Source of the DNA: an uncultured bacterium
GTDB taxonomy: Bacteria > Planctomycetota > UBA1135 > GCA-002686595
Direction: 5' to 3'
DNA: 64,000 nucleotides
Assembly (NCBI GenBank): GCA_943787795.1
Contig: CALSNU010000001.1
Coordinates: 1,384,285 to 1,448,284, forward strand
The translations under genes were made by a program, and so were the position numbers. Every line of letters starts with the position of its first letter. Position 1 is the first letter of the stretch. Shown piece after piece: positions 46,436-55,523 of this stretch. The notes below the pieces were generated by a model. It was not told where the DNA came from. It ran no database searches and saw nothing but the letters and a program-made list of their open reading frames with translations.

Positions 46436-47202
46436 GCTCTCGTCCCCGTGCCTTGGCCGGTGTGCTGCCGTTTGCGCGGCGCGAGCTCCGGAGCGCCTTC
46501 GAATCGCCGGTCGCGTACGTGGCCATTGGCCTCTTCGTGCTCGTGCTGCCTGCGCTGTTCTTCTTCCTCGGCTACCCCGTCGGGCGCACGCCGCTGCCCG
46601 GCCTTTGGGAGGGCGGGCAGGCGAGCCTGATCGTGCTCTTCTACTGGCTGCCGCTCCTGCTGGCCCTGGTGGTGCCGGCGCTCAGCATGGGGGCCTGGGC
46701 CGAGGAGCGACGGGCGGGGACGGAGGAGCTCCTGCTCACCTACCCCGTCCGAACCGGGGCCGTGGTGCTCGGCAAGTTCCTGGCGACGTGGACCCTCACG
46801 ATGCTCATGGTCACCCTCGCGGTGCTCTCCGCCGCGCTGACCGTGGGGTTCCTCGGGGACCTGGACTGGAACACCGTCGTCGCCGGGCTCGTCGGCGCAG
46901 CGTGGCTGTGCGCCGGCTACGCCTCCGTGGCGCTCTTCCTCTCGGCGGTGAGCTCGGAGCAGCTGGTCGCCTTCCTCCTGGGCGCCCTGGCCCTGGGCCT
47001 GCTCTGGGCGCTGCCCCTGCTCGTGCGCGTGCTCCCCGGCGGAGCTGCAGGCGCCCTCGAGGCCGCCAGCCCCACGACCCACTTCCTCGGCAGCGCCGCC
47101 CGCGGCGTGCTCGACCTCTCTGACCTCATCTACTTCGTGCTGCTCACGGCCCTCGGGCTCGTGGCCAACACCCTGGCCGTGGAGCGACGTCGATGGAGAT
47201 GA
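46432..47202 (+). CDS. ABC-2 permease (GldF-like)
   Basis: RRELRSAFESPVAY, AEERRAGTEELLLTYP, GKF and GVLDLSDLIYF. Confidence 0.9.
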   Translation: MSSRPRALAGVLPFARRELRSAFESPVAYVAIGLFVLVLPALFFFLGYPVGRTPLPGLWEGGQASLIVLFYWLPLLLALVVPALSMGAWAEERRAGTEELLLTYPVRTGAVVLGKFLATWTLTMLMVTLAVLSAALTVGFLGDLDWNTVVAGLVGAAWLCAGYASVALFLSAVSSEQLVAFLLGALALGLLWALPLLVRVLPGGAAGALEAASPTTHFLGSAARGVLDLSDLIYFVLLTALGLVANTLAVERRRWR

Positions 47203-49040
47203 CCCCCCGAAGCGCTCCCGACGCGCCGCCCCTGGCCCACGCCGGTCGGCGGGTGCTGCGGGTCAACGCGGCCCTCACCCTTGGGCTCCTGGTCCTGATC
47301 GCGGTGCTGGGTAACGTCCTCGCCGCGCGCCACCTCGGCCAGCGGGTGGACCTCAGCGCGGACCAGCTCAACGCCATCTCCGACGCGACGCAGCGCGTGG
47401 TGGACCGGGTGGAGGACCGCCTCACCGTGCGCCTCTTCGCCAACCAGGAGGTCGCGGACGGACGCCTGGCCCTGCGCGGTGCCCGGATTCGCGCGCAGTT
47501 GGAGGAGATCCTGGGCCTGCGCCCCGAGGTCTTTGACCTGCAGGTGCTCGATCCCGCGCGCTCCTCCGAGGCGAGGCGGCAGGCGCGGGAGGCGCGGCTG
47601 CAGCCCCAGCGCGCGGGCCGCGGCGGGCTGGGACAGGCGGGCGAGGAGGAGGTCTGGCTCGGGCTCGTACTCGGCTATCGCGGCCGTACCGAGATCATCA
47701 CCACCCCCGAGCCCTGGCGCTTCGAGGTGCAGATGGCCAGCGCCCTGCACGCGCTCCTGAGCGACCGGAAGATCGGCATCGGCTGGATCGGCGAGCCCTT
47801 CGAGGTGGCGCCGGACTCCGAGACGGCGGCGCTGGAGCGTTGGGAGTCGACCTTCGGCGTCATCCGAGGCGCCCTCAGCCGCCGCGCGCGCATCGCCCAG
47901 CTCCCCGGGCTCGCCACCGGGAACCGCGTGCCCGATGACGTGGACGTGATCTTCATGGTGCGGCCCGGCGCCATGCACGAGCGCGAGGTCTACGCCATCG
48001 ACCAGTTCGTCCAGCGCGGCGGTCGGCTGGTCGTGTGCCTCGATGACCCCGACTACAACCTCGCCTACCCCCGGGCCGACGTGGCGCCCGAGGAGTTCGA
48101 GGGGTCACCCCTCGCCCAGCTCCTGGACTCCTGGGGCATCAGGGTCGCCGCCAAGCACGTCTGGGACGACGCCTGGAAGACCGACAGGATCACCCTCTCG
48201 GCGGTGGGCGGTCAGCTCCGCCAGGGTGTGATCAGCGACCCCCTGGTGATCACCGTGCCGCCCGAGGGGCTCGCCACGGACCTCCCTCCGACCCGGGGCC
48301 TGCCCGGCGTGGCGTTCGCCTGGGCGCACCCGCTGTTCCCCGAGGAGCTTGCGCCCACGCCCCCCGGCGTCTATCGCGCGGACCTCGCGTGGTCGTCGGA
48401 GGGCGCCTACCTCACCGACGTGGCGCCGCGGCTGACCACCGACCCCGGCGGGCTCCGGAGCCTGCGCATGGCGCTGCGCAACGGCACGGCCGGCCGGCGC
48501 ACTCTGGCCGCGGTGTTCAGCGGCCTGTTCCCCTCGCCCTGGGCGGGGCGGGAGGCCCCCGCGCCCCTCGACCCCCTCGGCCTCGGGCGAGCGCAGGATG
48601 AGCCGGCGCCGGTCTCCGCCGTGACCACCTCCCAGGTGGTGGTGTTCGGGGACGCCGACTGGCTGCGGGACCCGCGCCCCGAGGGCACCTTCGTTCAGGC
48701 GGGCGGTGGTGTGCTGGCGGTCAATCTCGTGGACTGGCTGACCCTCGATGAGGACCTCATCGGGCTGCGCTCCCGCGCGCCGCGGCTGCGCCCCCTGCGA
48801 GACTTCGTGGCGGAGCAGGAGCTCGCCCTCGGCCTCTTCGAGGAGGACGTCTATCCCACCGAGGCGGAGCGCATCGAGGCCAGCCGCAAGGGCGACCTCG
48901 CCCGCCGCCGCGCGCGCCGGCAGCAGTGGCTCACCATGCTCGCGCCGGCCCTCTCCGCGCTCGTGGTCGTGGCCCTGTTCGGCGTCCTGTGGAACGGCAT
49001 GGCGCGCCGCCGCGCCGAGCCGGTAGGAGAGCGCCAATGA
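47193..49040 (+). CDS. GldG-like ABC auxiliary component
   Basis: N- and C-terminal TM; RVDLS, IDQFVQRGG, VFGDADW and NLVDWL...DLIGLRSR. Confidence 0.85.
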   Translation: MEMTPRSAPDAPPLAHAGRRVLRVNAALTLGLLVLIAVLGNVLAARHLGQRVDLSADQLNAISDATQRVVDRVEDRLTVRLFANQEVADGRLALRGARIRAQLEEILGLRPEVFDLQVLDPARSSEARRQAREARLQPQRAGRGGLGQAGEEEVWLGLVLGYRGRTEIITTPEPWRFEVQMASALHALLSDRKIGIGWIGEPFEVAPDSETAALERWESTFGVIRGALSRRARIAQLPGLATGNRVPDDVDVIFMVRPGAMHEREVYAIDQFVQRGGRLVVCLDDPDYNLAYPRADVAPEEFEGSPLAQLLDSWGIRVAAKHVWDDAWKTDRITLSAVGGQLRQGVISDPLVITVPPEGLATDLPPTRGLPGVAFAWAHPLFPEELAPTPPGVYRADLAWSSEGAYLTDVAPRLTTDPGGLRSLRMALRNGTAGRRTLAAVFSGLFPSPWAGREAPAPLDPLGLGRAQDEPAPVSAVTTSQVVVFGDADWLRDPRPEGTFVQAGGGVLAVNLVDWLTLDEDLIGLRSRAPRLRPLRDFVAEQELALGLFEEDVYPTEAERIEASRKGDLARRRARRQQWLTMLAPALSALVVVALFGVLWNGMARRRAEPVGERQ

Positions 49041-50029
49041 TTGCCTCCGTCCTGCCCCTCAACCGGTGGCTGTTGGCCATCGCGGTGGCGCTCGGTGTGG
49101 CCCTTGCCGCCCTCGAAGGGGGCGGCATCGAGGAGCGCGCAGTGGAGCCGCTCTTCCCGGGCTTCGACGGGGCCCGCGCCGTCGCGGTGGAGCTGAGCTC
49201 CCCCGTGGACGAGGCCTTCCCCGCGGTGACCATCCGCAGGGCCGAGGTGGGGGAGCCGTGGCGCATCGATCAGCTGTTCGGCGCCGCGGCCTCGCCGATC
49301 TTGCTGGACGTGTTCCTCTCGCGGGTGGGGGCCATGACCAACCTGGACCTGGTGAGCGATGACCCCGGCCGCATCGCGGAGTACGAGCTCGGCGAGGACG
49401 TGGCCACGCGGGTGGTGGTGCTCGGGGCGGCCCCCGACGACGAGGACGGCGCGACCCCCTCGTCTGATCCGGCGGCGACCACCATGCTGGACTTCTACGT
49501 GGCCACAGCATCGCCCACGGCGGCCTTCGTCCGCAGGGCGGGTGAGGCCGAGGTGTTCCGCATCCCGCGCCTCCGTGTGCCGCCCACCCGGCCGTTCACC
49601 TGGTTCGGGCGCGCGTCGTTGGTGCCCTTCGAGAGCGTCCAGGTACGACAGGTGACCGCCTCCGGAGCAGCGGTGGGCGGCGAGCGTGTGCTGGTGCAGA
49701 CCATGGAGCGCTTCGGCAGCTTCAAGAGCGGAAGCGGCGCCGAGGTCTCGGGGCAGCGAGCGCTCGATGTGCTCCAGCGCCTGCGGGCCCTGTTCCCGGT
49801 GGCGGTGGAGGGCGAGCGGGCGCCCGCCGACTTCCCCGGGGAGCGCGCGGCCTTCGTGGTCACGGTCGAGCAGGTCACCGGGGGCGAGCTGCAGCTCGCC
49901 TTCTCCGAGGCGGAGCTCGATGGCGCCACGAGGTGGCTGGCGCGACGGTCCACGGATCGCCTGATCCTCGAGTGTGACCCCACGGTCACCGCGGGCCTGG
50001 TGGCGGCGCTCCGGGCGCTGCCGGAGTGA
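49037..50029 (+). CDS. DUF4340-like periplasmic protein
   Basis: N-terminal TM, W-R-I and EYELG-type motifs; usual fourth gene after GldAFG-like genes; ATGA overlap. Confidence 0.7.
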   Translation: MIASVLPLNRWLLAIAVALGVALAALEGGGIEERAVEPLFPGFDGARAVAVELSSPVDEAFPAVTIRRAEVGEPWRIDQLFGAAASPILLDVFLSRVGAMTNLDLVSDDPGRIAEYELGEDVATRVVVLGAAPDDEDGATPSSDPAATTMLDFYVATASPTAAFVRRAGEAEVFRIPRLRVPPTRPFTWFGRASLVPFESVQVRQVTASGAAVGGERVLVQTMERFGSFKSGSGAEVSGQRALDVLQRLRALFPVAVEGERAPADFPGERAAFVVTVEQVTGGELQLAFSEAELDGATRWLARRSTDRLILECDPTVTAGLVAALRALPE

Positions 50030-50301
50030 CGGCCCCCGCGACGTTCTGCGTGCCTCCCTCTGGGCGGCGCGGCAGGTGAGCGCACTCCGACCGTTGGACG
50101 CCGATTCGGCCACAGGATCGCCCCTGGGCTCGCCGCGGCTCGGACTCCGTGATGACACCTGGGCCGACACCTGGAGCGGCGCAGTGGAGGCTCGGATCGA
50201 GGCCACGGAGGAGCCTGCCGCGAATCCATGGCACGCCGGGGCCCGGATCTGGGCCCCTCGCATGGTTCGGGGGGGCGGCGAGCGGTAACCTCTCGTCCGT
50301 C

Positions 50302-53300
50302 ATGGCCATCGACTTCGAGCAGGAGTACGGCGTCAACGCCGGGTACGTTCAGGAACTCTTTGACGGCTGGCGGAGCGATCCCGCCGGCGTGGAGGAGAGC
50401 TGGCGCAAGATCTTCGAGCGCCTCTCTGCGGATGGGATCGGGGGGACTCCCGCCCCCGCCGGGAGCGGGGGGGCGTCCGCGGGCGGACCCGCCGCGGCCG
50501 GCGCCTCGTCCGCCGTGGCCGCGGCCGACGGGCCCGACCTCTCCGAGGATCCCGAGGTCGAGCTGCTGGTCGGGATCGCCGGCAAGATCGCTACCAACAT
50601 GGAGGCGAGCCTCGACCTGCCCGTGGCCACCTCGGTGCGGAACATGTCCGCCAAGGTCCTCGGGGAGAACCGCTCGATCATCAACGAGCACATGCTGGTC
50701 CGCGCGATCGGCAAGTCGTCGTACACCCACCTGTTTGCCTTCGCCCTGGCGCGCGCGCTGGGCGAGATGCCGCGGGTGCAGGCCTCCTACGTGGAGTCCG
50801 GCGGCAAGCGCTACCGCCGCGTGCCCGAGCACGTGAACCTCGGCATCGCCATCGACGTGCCGGGTCCCAAGGGCCGCATGCTCGTGGTGCCCAGCATCAA
50901 GGCCGCCGAGACCCTCGACTTCGCCGAGTTCTACGGCGCCTTCCAGGACCTCGTGGACCGCGGCCGTGAGGGCAAGCTCACCAGCGCCGACTTCGCAGGC
51001 ACCACCTGCACGCTCACCAACCCCGGGGGCTTCGGCACCGCCATGAGCGTGCCGCGCCTCATGCCCGGCCAGGGGGTCATCATCGCCACCGGCTCCATCG
51101 GCATCCCGCCGGAGCTCGCGGGCATGTCCAAGGGAGCCCTGGCGGAGAACGCCATCGGCCCGGTCATGACCATGACCAGCACCTACGACCACCGCGTGAT
51201 CCAGGGGGCCGAGTCCGGGCTCCTGCTCAAGCGCGTGGACGAGCTGCTCCACGGCGCGGACGACTTCTACGACGACATCTTCATGGCGCTGCGGGTGCCC
51301 TGGCAGCCGGCGCGCTCCGGCGAGGACATGCGCCCCACCGGCGGCGCCGACCACGCCGAGATGCAGACCAAGGTCTGGACCCTGATCCAGGCCTACCGCA
51401 CCCGCGGCGGCCAGCTCGCGGACCTCGACCCCCTCGGCTATCAGCCGGAGCTGCTGGAGTCCCTGGACCCCAGCTCCTACGGGCTGTCCCTGTGGGACCT
51501 CGACCGCACGTTCCTGTGCGGCGGGATGAACGGCAAGACGTCCATGACCCTGCGGGAGATCCTGCGCACCCTGCGCCGGGCCTACTGCCGTCGCTGGACG
51601 AGCGAGGTCGGCCACATCACCGACCGCGACCGCAAGCTCTGGCTGCGCGAGCGGGTGGAGAACGACGACCACTTCGTCGAGTTCGACACCGAGGAGCGCA
51701 ACCACATCCTGCGCCGCCTCAACCGCGCCGAGAACTTCGAGCGCTTCCTCGCGAACACCTACGTGGGCAACAAGCGCTTCTCCCTGGAGGGCGGCGACAC
51801 CATGATCCCCGCCCTGGCGGAGGTCATCGAGCGCGCCGCGACCAAGGGCGTCGAGAAGGTCGTGATCGGTATGGCCCACCGGGGCCGGCTGAACGTCCTC
51901 GCGAACCTCATGGGCAAGTCCCACGAGCAGATCTTCCGGGAGTTCGAGGGCGGGCTTCTGCCCCTCTCCACGGAGGGCTCGGGCGACGTGAAGTACCACC
52001 TCGGTCAGGTGGGGATCTTCCGCACCCGCGACGGCAAGGAGGTCGAGGTCTCCCTGTCCGCCAACCCCAGCCACCTCGAGGCGGTGGACCCGGTGGTGTG
52101 CGGCATGACCCGCGCCTACCAGGACGCCATGGGGGACGGGGACCGGCGCAAGGTGCTGGCGGTCCTGATCCACGGGGACGCGGCCTTCTCCGGCCAGGGC
52201 GTGGTGACCGAGACGCTCAACATGAGCGAGCTGCGGGCCTTCAGCAACGGCGGCACGGTCCACCTGATCATCAACAACCAGATCGGCTTCACCGCCGGCC
52301 CGCGGGACCTGCGCTCGACGCACTACTGCTCGGACGCGGCCAAGGCCATCGAGGCCCCGGTCATGCACGCCAACGGGGACTTCCCCGAGTCGGTGCTGCG
52401 CGCCTGCCGCCTGGCGGTGGACTACCAGCGCGAGTTCGGCGCCGACGCGGTCATCGACATGGTCTGCTACCGCCGCTGGGGGCACAACGAGGGCGACGAG
52501 CCCGCGTACACCCAGCCGGCGCTCTACAGCCGCATCGCCGAGCACCCCACCGTGTGCGCGATCTACAGCGACCTCCTCGTGCGCCGCGGCGCCCTGACCC
52601 GGGAGGAGGCGGACCTCATCAGCTCCGAGGCCGAGGACGAGCTCCGCACGGCCCTCGCCAAGCACAAGGCCAGCGCCACCGAAGAGCTGCCGTTTGAGGA
52701 GATCGTGGACGTGGAGCTCGACGACCCGCGGGACTACGTGGCGGGGCTGTCGCCCGAGACGGCCGTGCCCGAGGAGGACCTGGTCCAGTTCATCGACGAC
52801 CTCAACATGATCCCCGAGGGGTTCGTGGTGCACCCCAACCTCCTGCGGCAGCTGCGCCGCCGGGAGCGCATGGTGCGCGGTGAGCTTAACGTGGACTGGG
52901 GCTGCGCCGAGGCGCTGGCCTTCGCCACCCTGCTGCGCGATGGAGTCTCCATTCGCCTGGAGGGCCAGGACTCCGGCCGTGGCACGTTCAGCCACCGCCA
53001 CGCGGTCATCCGCGACCAGTCCACCGAGGCGGAGCACGTGCCCCTCCAGGCGCTCTCCGAGGGCTCTGGCCACTTCGAGGCCTGGGACTCGCTCCTGAGC
53101 GAGGAGGCCGCCCTGGCCTTCGAGTACGGGTACGGCCTCGCGCGACCGGAGTCCCTCGTCCTGTGGGAGGCCCAGTTCGGCGACTTCGCCAACGGCGCCC
53201 AGATCCCCATCGACCAATTCCTGGTCTCCGGCGAGGCCAAGTGGCGCCAGCTCTCGGGCGTGGTGATGCTGCTGCCCCACGGCTACGACGGCCAGGGACC

Positions 53301-53940
53301 CGAGCACTCATCGGCCCGCCTCGAGCGCTTCCTCCAGCCCTGCAGCGGCGGGAACATCTCGGTCGTGAACTGCTCCACCTCGGCGCAGATCTTCCACCTG
53401 CTGTGCCGCCACGGCAGGGCCGAGTCCAAGCGCCCGCTGATCGTCATGACGCCCAAGAGCTTCCTGCGCGACAAGCGCGCGGCGAGCCCCGATCGAGGAC
53501 CTCGCCTCCGGGGGCTTCCAGGAGGTCATCGCGAGACCGCACCGCGGAGGCCGGCCAAGGTCAAGCGCCTCGTGCTCTGCTCCGGCAAGGTCGGCCACGA
53601 GCTCGCCACCGCCCGCGCCGAGGCGGAGCGCGACGACGTCGCCATCTGCCGCGTCGAGCAGCTCTACCCGTTCCCCAAGGACCAGGTCCTGGCCCAGATC
53701 GGCCGCTACCCGAACCTGGAGCACGTGGTCTGGACCCAGGAGGAGCCCCGCAACATGGGCGCCTGGTCCTTCATCCTCCAGCGCTTCCACGACCTCGGCC
53801 GCCCCGACATCAAGTACGCGGGCCGCGCCGAGTCCGCCAGCCCGGCCACCGGCTCCTACAGCCGCCACAGCGCCGAGCAGGCCTTCCTCATCAAGATGGC
53901 CTTCGGGGACGAGCAGCCGCGCACCAGCCTCGACCGCTGA
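50302..53940 (+). CDS. kgd: Multifunctional 2-oxoglutarate dehydrogenase (acyltransferase-E1 fusion, Kgd/OdhA type)
   Basis: N-terminal E2 catalytic-like domain with TYDHRVIQGAESG; E1o motifs KRFSLEG, MAHRGRLN, HGDAAF, GHNEGDEP and LWEAQFGDF; no lipoyl domain. Confidence 0.93.
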   Translation: MAIDFEQEYGVNAGYVQELFDGWRSDPAGVEESWRKIFERLSADGIGGTPAPAGSGGASAGGPAAAGASSAVAAADGPDLSEDPEVELLVGIAGKIATNMEASLDLPVATSVRNMSAKVLGENRSIINEHMLVRAIGKSSYTHLFAFALARALGEMPRVQASYVESGGKRYRRVPEHVNLGIAIDVPGPKGRMLVVPSIKAAETLDFAEFYGAFQDLVDRGREGKLTSADFAGTTCTLTNPGGFGTAMSVPRLMPGQGVIIATGSIGIPPELAGMSKGALAENAIGPVMTMTSTYDHRVIQGAESGLLLKRVDELLHGADDFYDDIFMALRVPWQPARSGEDMRPTGGADHAEMQTKVWTLIQAYRTRGGQLADLDPLGYQPELLESLDPSSYGLSLWDLDRTFLCGGMNGKTSMTLREILRTLRRAYCRRWTSEVGHITDRDRKLWLRERVENDDHFVEFDTEERNHILRRLNRAENFERFLANTYVGNKRFSLEGGDTMIPALAEVIERAATKGVEKVVIGMAHRGRLNVLANLMGKSHEQIFREFEGGLLPLSTEGSGDVKYHLGQVGIFRTRDGKEVEVSLSANPSHLEAVDPVVCGMTRAYQDAMGDGDRRKVLAVLIHGDAAFSGQGVVTETLNMSELRAFSNGGTVHLIINNQIGFTAGPRDLRSTHYCSDAAKAIEAPVMHANGDFPESVLRACRLAVDYQREFGADAVIDMVCYRRWGHNEGDEPAYTQPALYSRIAEHPTVCAIYSDLLVRRGALTREEADLISSEAEDELRTALAKHKASATEELPFEEIVDVELDDPRDYVAGLSPETAVPEEDLVQFIDDLNMIPEGFVVHPNLLRQLRRRERMVRGELNVDWGCAEALAFATLLRDGVSIRLEGQDSGRGTFSHRHAVIRDQSTEAEHVPLQALSEGSGHFEAWDSLLSEEAALAFEYGYGLARPESLVLWEAQFGDFANGAQIPIDQFLVSGEAKWRQLSGVVMLLPHGYDGQGPEHSSARLERFLQPCSGGNISVVNCSTSAQIFHLLCRHGRAESKRPLIVMTPKSFLRDKRAASPDRGPRLRGLPGGHRETAPRRPAKVKRLVLCSGKVGHELATARAEAERDDVAICRVEQLYPFPKDQVLAQIGRYPNLEHVVWTQEEPRNMGAWSFILQRFHDLGRPDIKYAGRAESASPATGSYSRHSAEQAFLIKMAFGDEQPRTSLDR

Positions 53941-54125
53941 GCCGGCTCCCGGGCCCCTCCCTGCGGGCTCCGGGTTGGCTGCCTGCGGGCAAATACTCGC
54001 AGGAGATCCGGCGGCCCTTCAGCGAAGGTGAAGGGCGCCTCAGGAACCCCTCAAGGCCGAGGGGCCTGCGCTCGGTCCTCCACAAGGGGCGAGGGCGGCG
54101 GAGCCTGCTGACGTCTGCCCTGGGC

Positions 54126-54311
54126 TCAGGGCAGCAGCAGTCGGCTGTAGAAGAGCGCGATCAGGCTGAGCCCGTCGTGCAGGGTGCCGGCGCGCAGCAT
54201 GGCCTCGACCTCGTCGGGGGCGAAGGTCTCCACGATCATCCGCTCGGAGGGGTCCAGCTGCTGCTCGTGGCGCAGCTCGCAGTCGGTGGCCAGGAAGGTG
54301 TGGATCCAGTG
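54126..54311 (-). pseudogene. Orphan 3' fragment (61 codons plus stop) of the NUDIX gene; direct repeat of 54848-55033
   Basis: 186-nt ungapped match with 15 differences by manual alignment; similarity stops abruptly at the HWIH codons. Confidence 0.9.
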
Positions 54312-54557
54312 ATCTCTGAGGGTGCGGACCTCGAACGCTGGCAGCGGGTGAAGCCTGTCCAGCTCTGACCGTTCAGGGGATGAGGGTGTGCGCCAGCCCC
54401 TAACTCGCACTGGCGATGGCGCCGGAAGTGCCTGGGGCAGGGCTGGAAATAATCGTAGATGACCCGTCACAAACGGAGCCGGACCTCTCTCTCTCGTGAT
54501 CGCAACAGGTCCTTCAGATCTGCCCACGCGGTGCCTTCCCCAACCCAGGAGTGTCCC

Positions 54558-54809
54558 ATGAGTAAGGTCAACAAGGTCGTGAAGTTCAATGTCTCCGGTG
54601 GCCTGATCGGCATGTTCGCCGGAGACGAGGCGTCCAAGCTCGACAAGATCCTACGCGCGGAGAATACGCTTGGCTGGCGCTATCGGTCTCACGGATCGAA
54701 CACGTTCAACCTGATCAGTCTCTTGATCAATCTCCTCTTCTTGGTGATTACCTTCACCCTCTGGTCCCCAGGTTCGAGGTACCTCCTCGTACTCGATCGA
54801 ATGGACTGA
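54558..54809 (+). CDS. Small (83 aa) DUF4177-like membrane-associated protein with lower GC
   Basis: AGGAG RBS at 54547-54551; GG.....LDKIL...N..GW...Y.LVLDR pattern with an inserted hydrophobic stretch. Confidence 0.7.
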   Translation: MSKVNKVVKFNVSGGLIGMFAGDEASKLDKILRAENTLGWRYRSHGSNTFNLISLLINLLFLVITFTLWSPGSRYLLVLDRMD

Positions 54810-54847
54810 TCCTGCCTGCGCCGACTTGCTTGGCGGCTTCCTACCAC

Positions 54848-55504
54848 TCAGGGAAGCAGCAGGCGGCTGTAGAACAGCGCGATCAGGCTGAGGCCGTCGT
54901 GGAGGGTGCCGGCGCGCAGCATGGCCTCGACCTCGTCGGGGGCGAACGTCTCGACGATCATCCGCTCGGAGGGGTCGAGCTGCTGCTCGTGGCGCAGCTC
55001 GCAGTCCAGGGCGGCGAAGGGGTGGATCCAGTGGTTGCTGATCCCGTTGCAGGTGTAGTACCCGGGCAGCGGTACGAGGCGGCCGGCCTCGTAGCCCGTC
55101 TCCTCACGCAGCTCTCTCGCCGCGCACTCGATGGGCGCCTCACCGGCGTCGATGCGCCCCGCGGGGACCTCCCAGTGGGTGTGGCCGTGGGTGTGGCGGT
55201 GCTGGCCCACCATGACCAGGCGCCCGTCCGTGCGGAAGGGCACGATGCTCACCGCGTCGCCGACCTCGACCACGTGGTGCTCCTGCAGCTCGCCGTTGTC
55301 CAGGCGGAGCATGTCCCTGCGCAGGCCGACCCAGGGTGAGTCGTAGATCCGCTCGGTGGAGTCGAGCGGGAAGGGCTCGAAGGGGGCGGGCGGCCCGGGG
55401 ACGCCGATGACGTCCCCGGCCCCTCGGCCGGCGGGGCCCGCGGAGTCCTTCGTGTCGTCGCCGCGCTCAGGGGCGCGGCCGCCCTCGGCGGAGTGCTGGC
55501 TCAA
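54848..55504 (-). CDS. NUDIX hydrolase (ADP-ribose pyrophosphatase-like)
   Basis: Nudix box PAGRIDAGEAPIECAARELREETGY. Confidence 0.92.
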   Translation of the reverse strand: MSQHSAEGGRAPERGDDTKDSAGPAGRGAGDVIGVPGPPAPFEPFPLDSTERIYDSPWVGLRRDMLRLDNGELQEHHVVEVGDAVSIVPFRTDGRLVMVGQHRHTHGHTHWEVPAGRIDAGEAPIECAARELREETGYEAGRLVPLPGYYTCNGISNHWIHPFAALDCELRHEQQLDPSERMIVETFAPDEVEAMLRAGTLHDGLSLIALFYSRLLLP

Positions 55505-55523
55505 GGTCTGGACCTGGTCGGGC

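Noticed and set aside
54126..54527. Complete 133-aa minus-strand gene
   Set aside because: Its N-terminal half is antisense to the insert and lacks the Nudix box; only the last 61 codons are homologous
54126..55033. Diversity-generating retroelement TR/VR pair
   Set aside because: Differences are mostly synonymous third-position G/C swaps, not adenine-specific, and no reverse transcriptase is present
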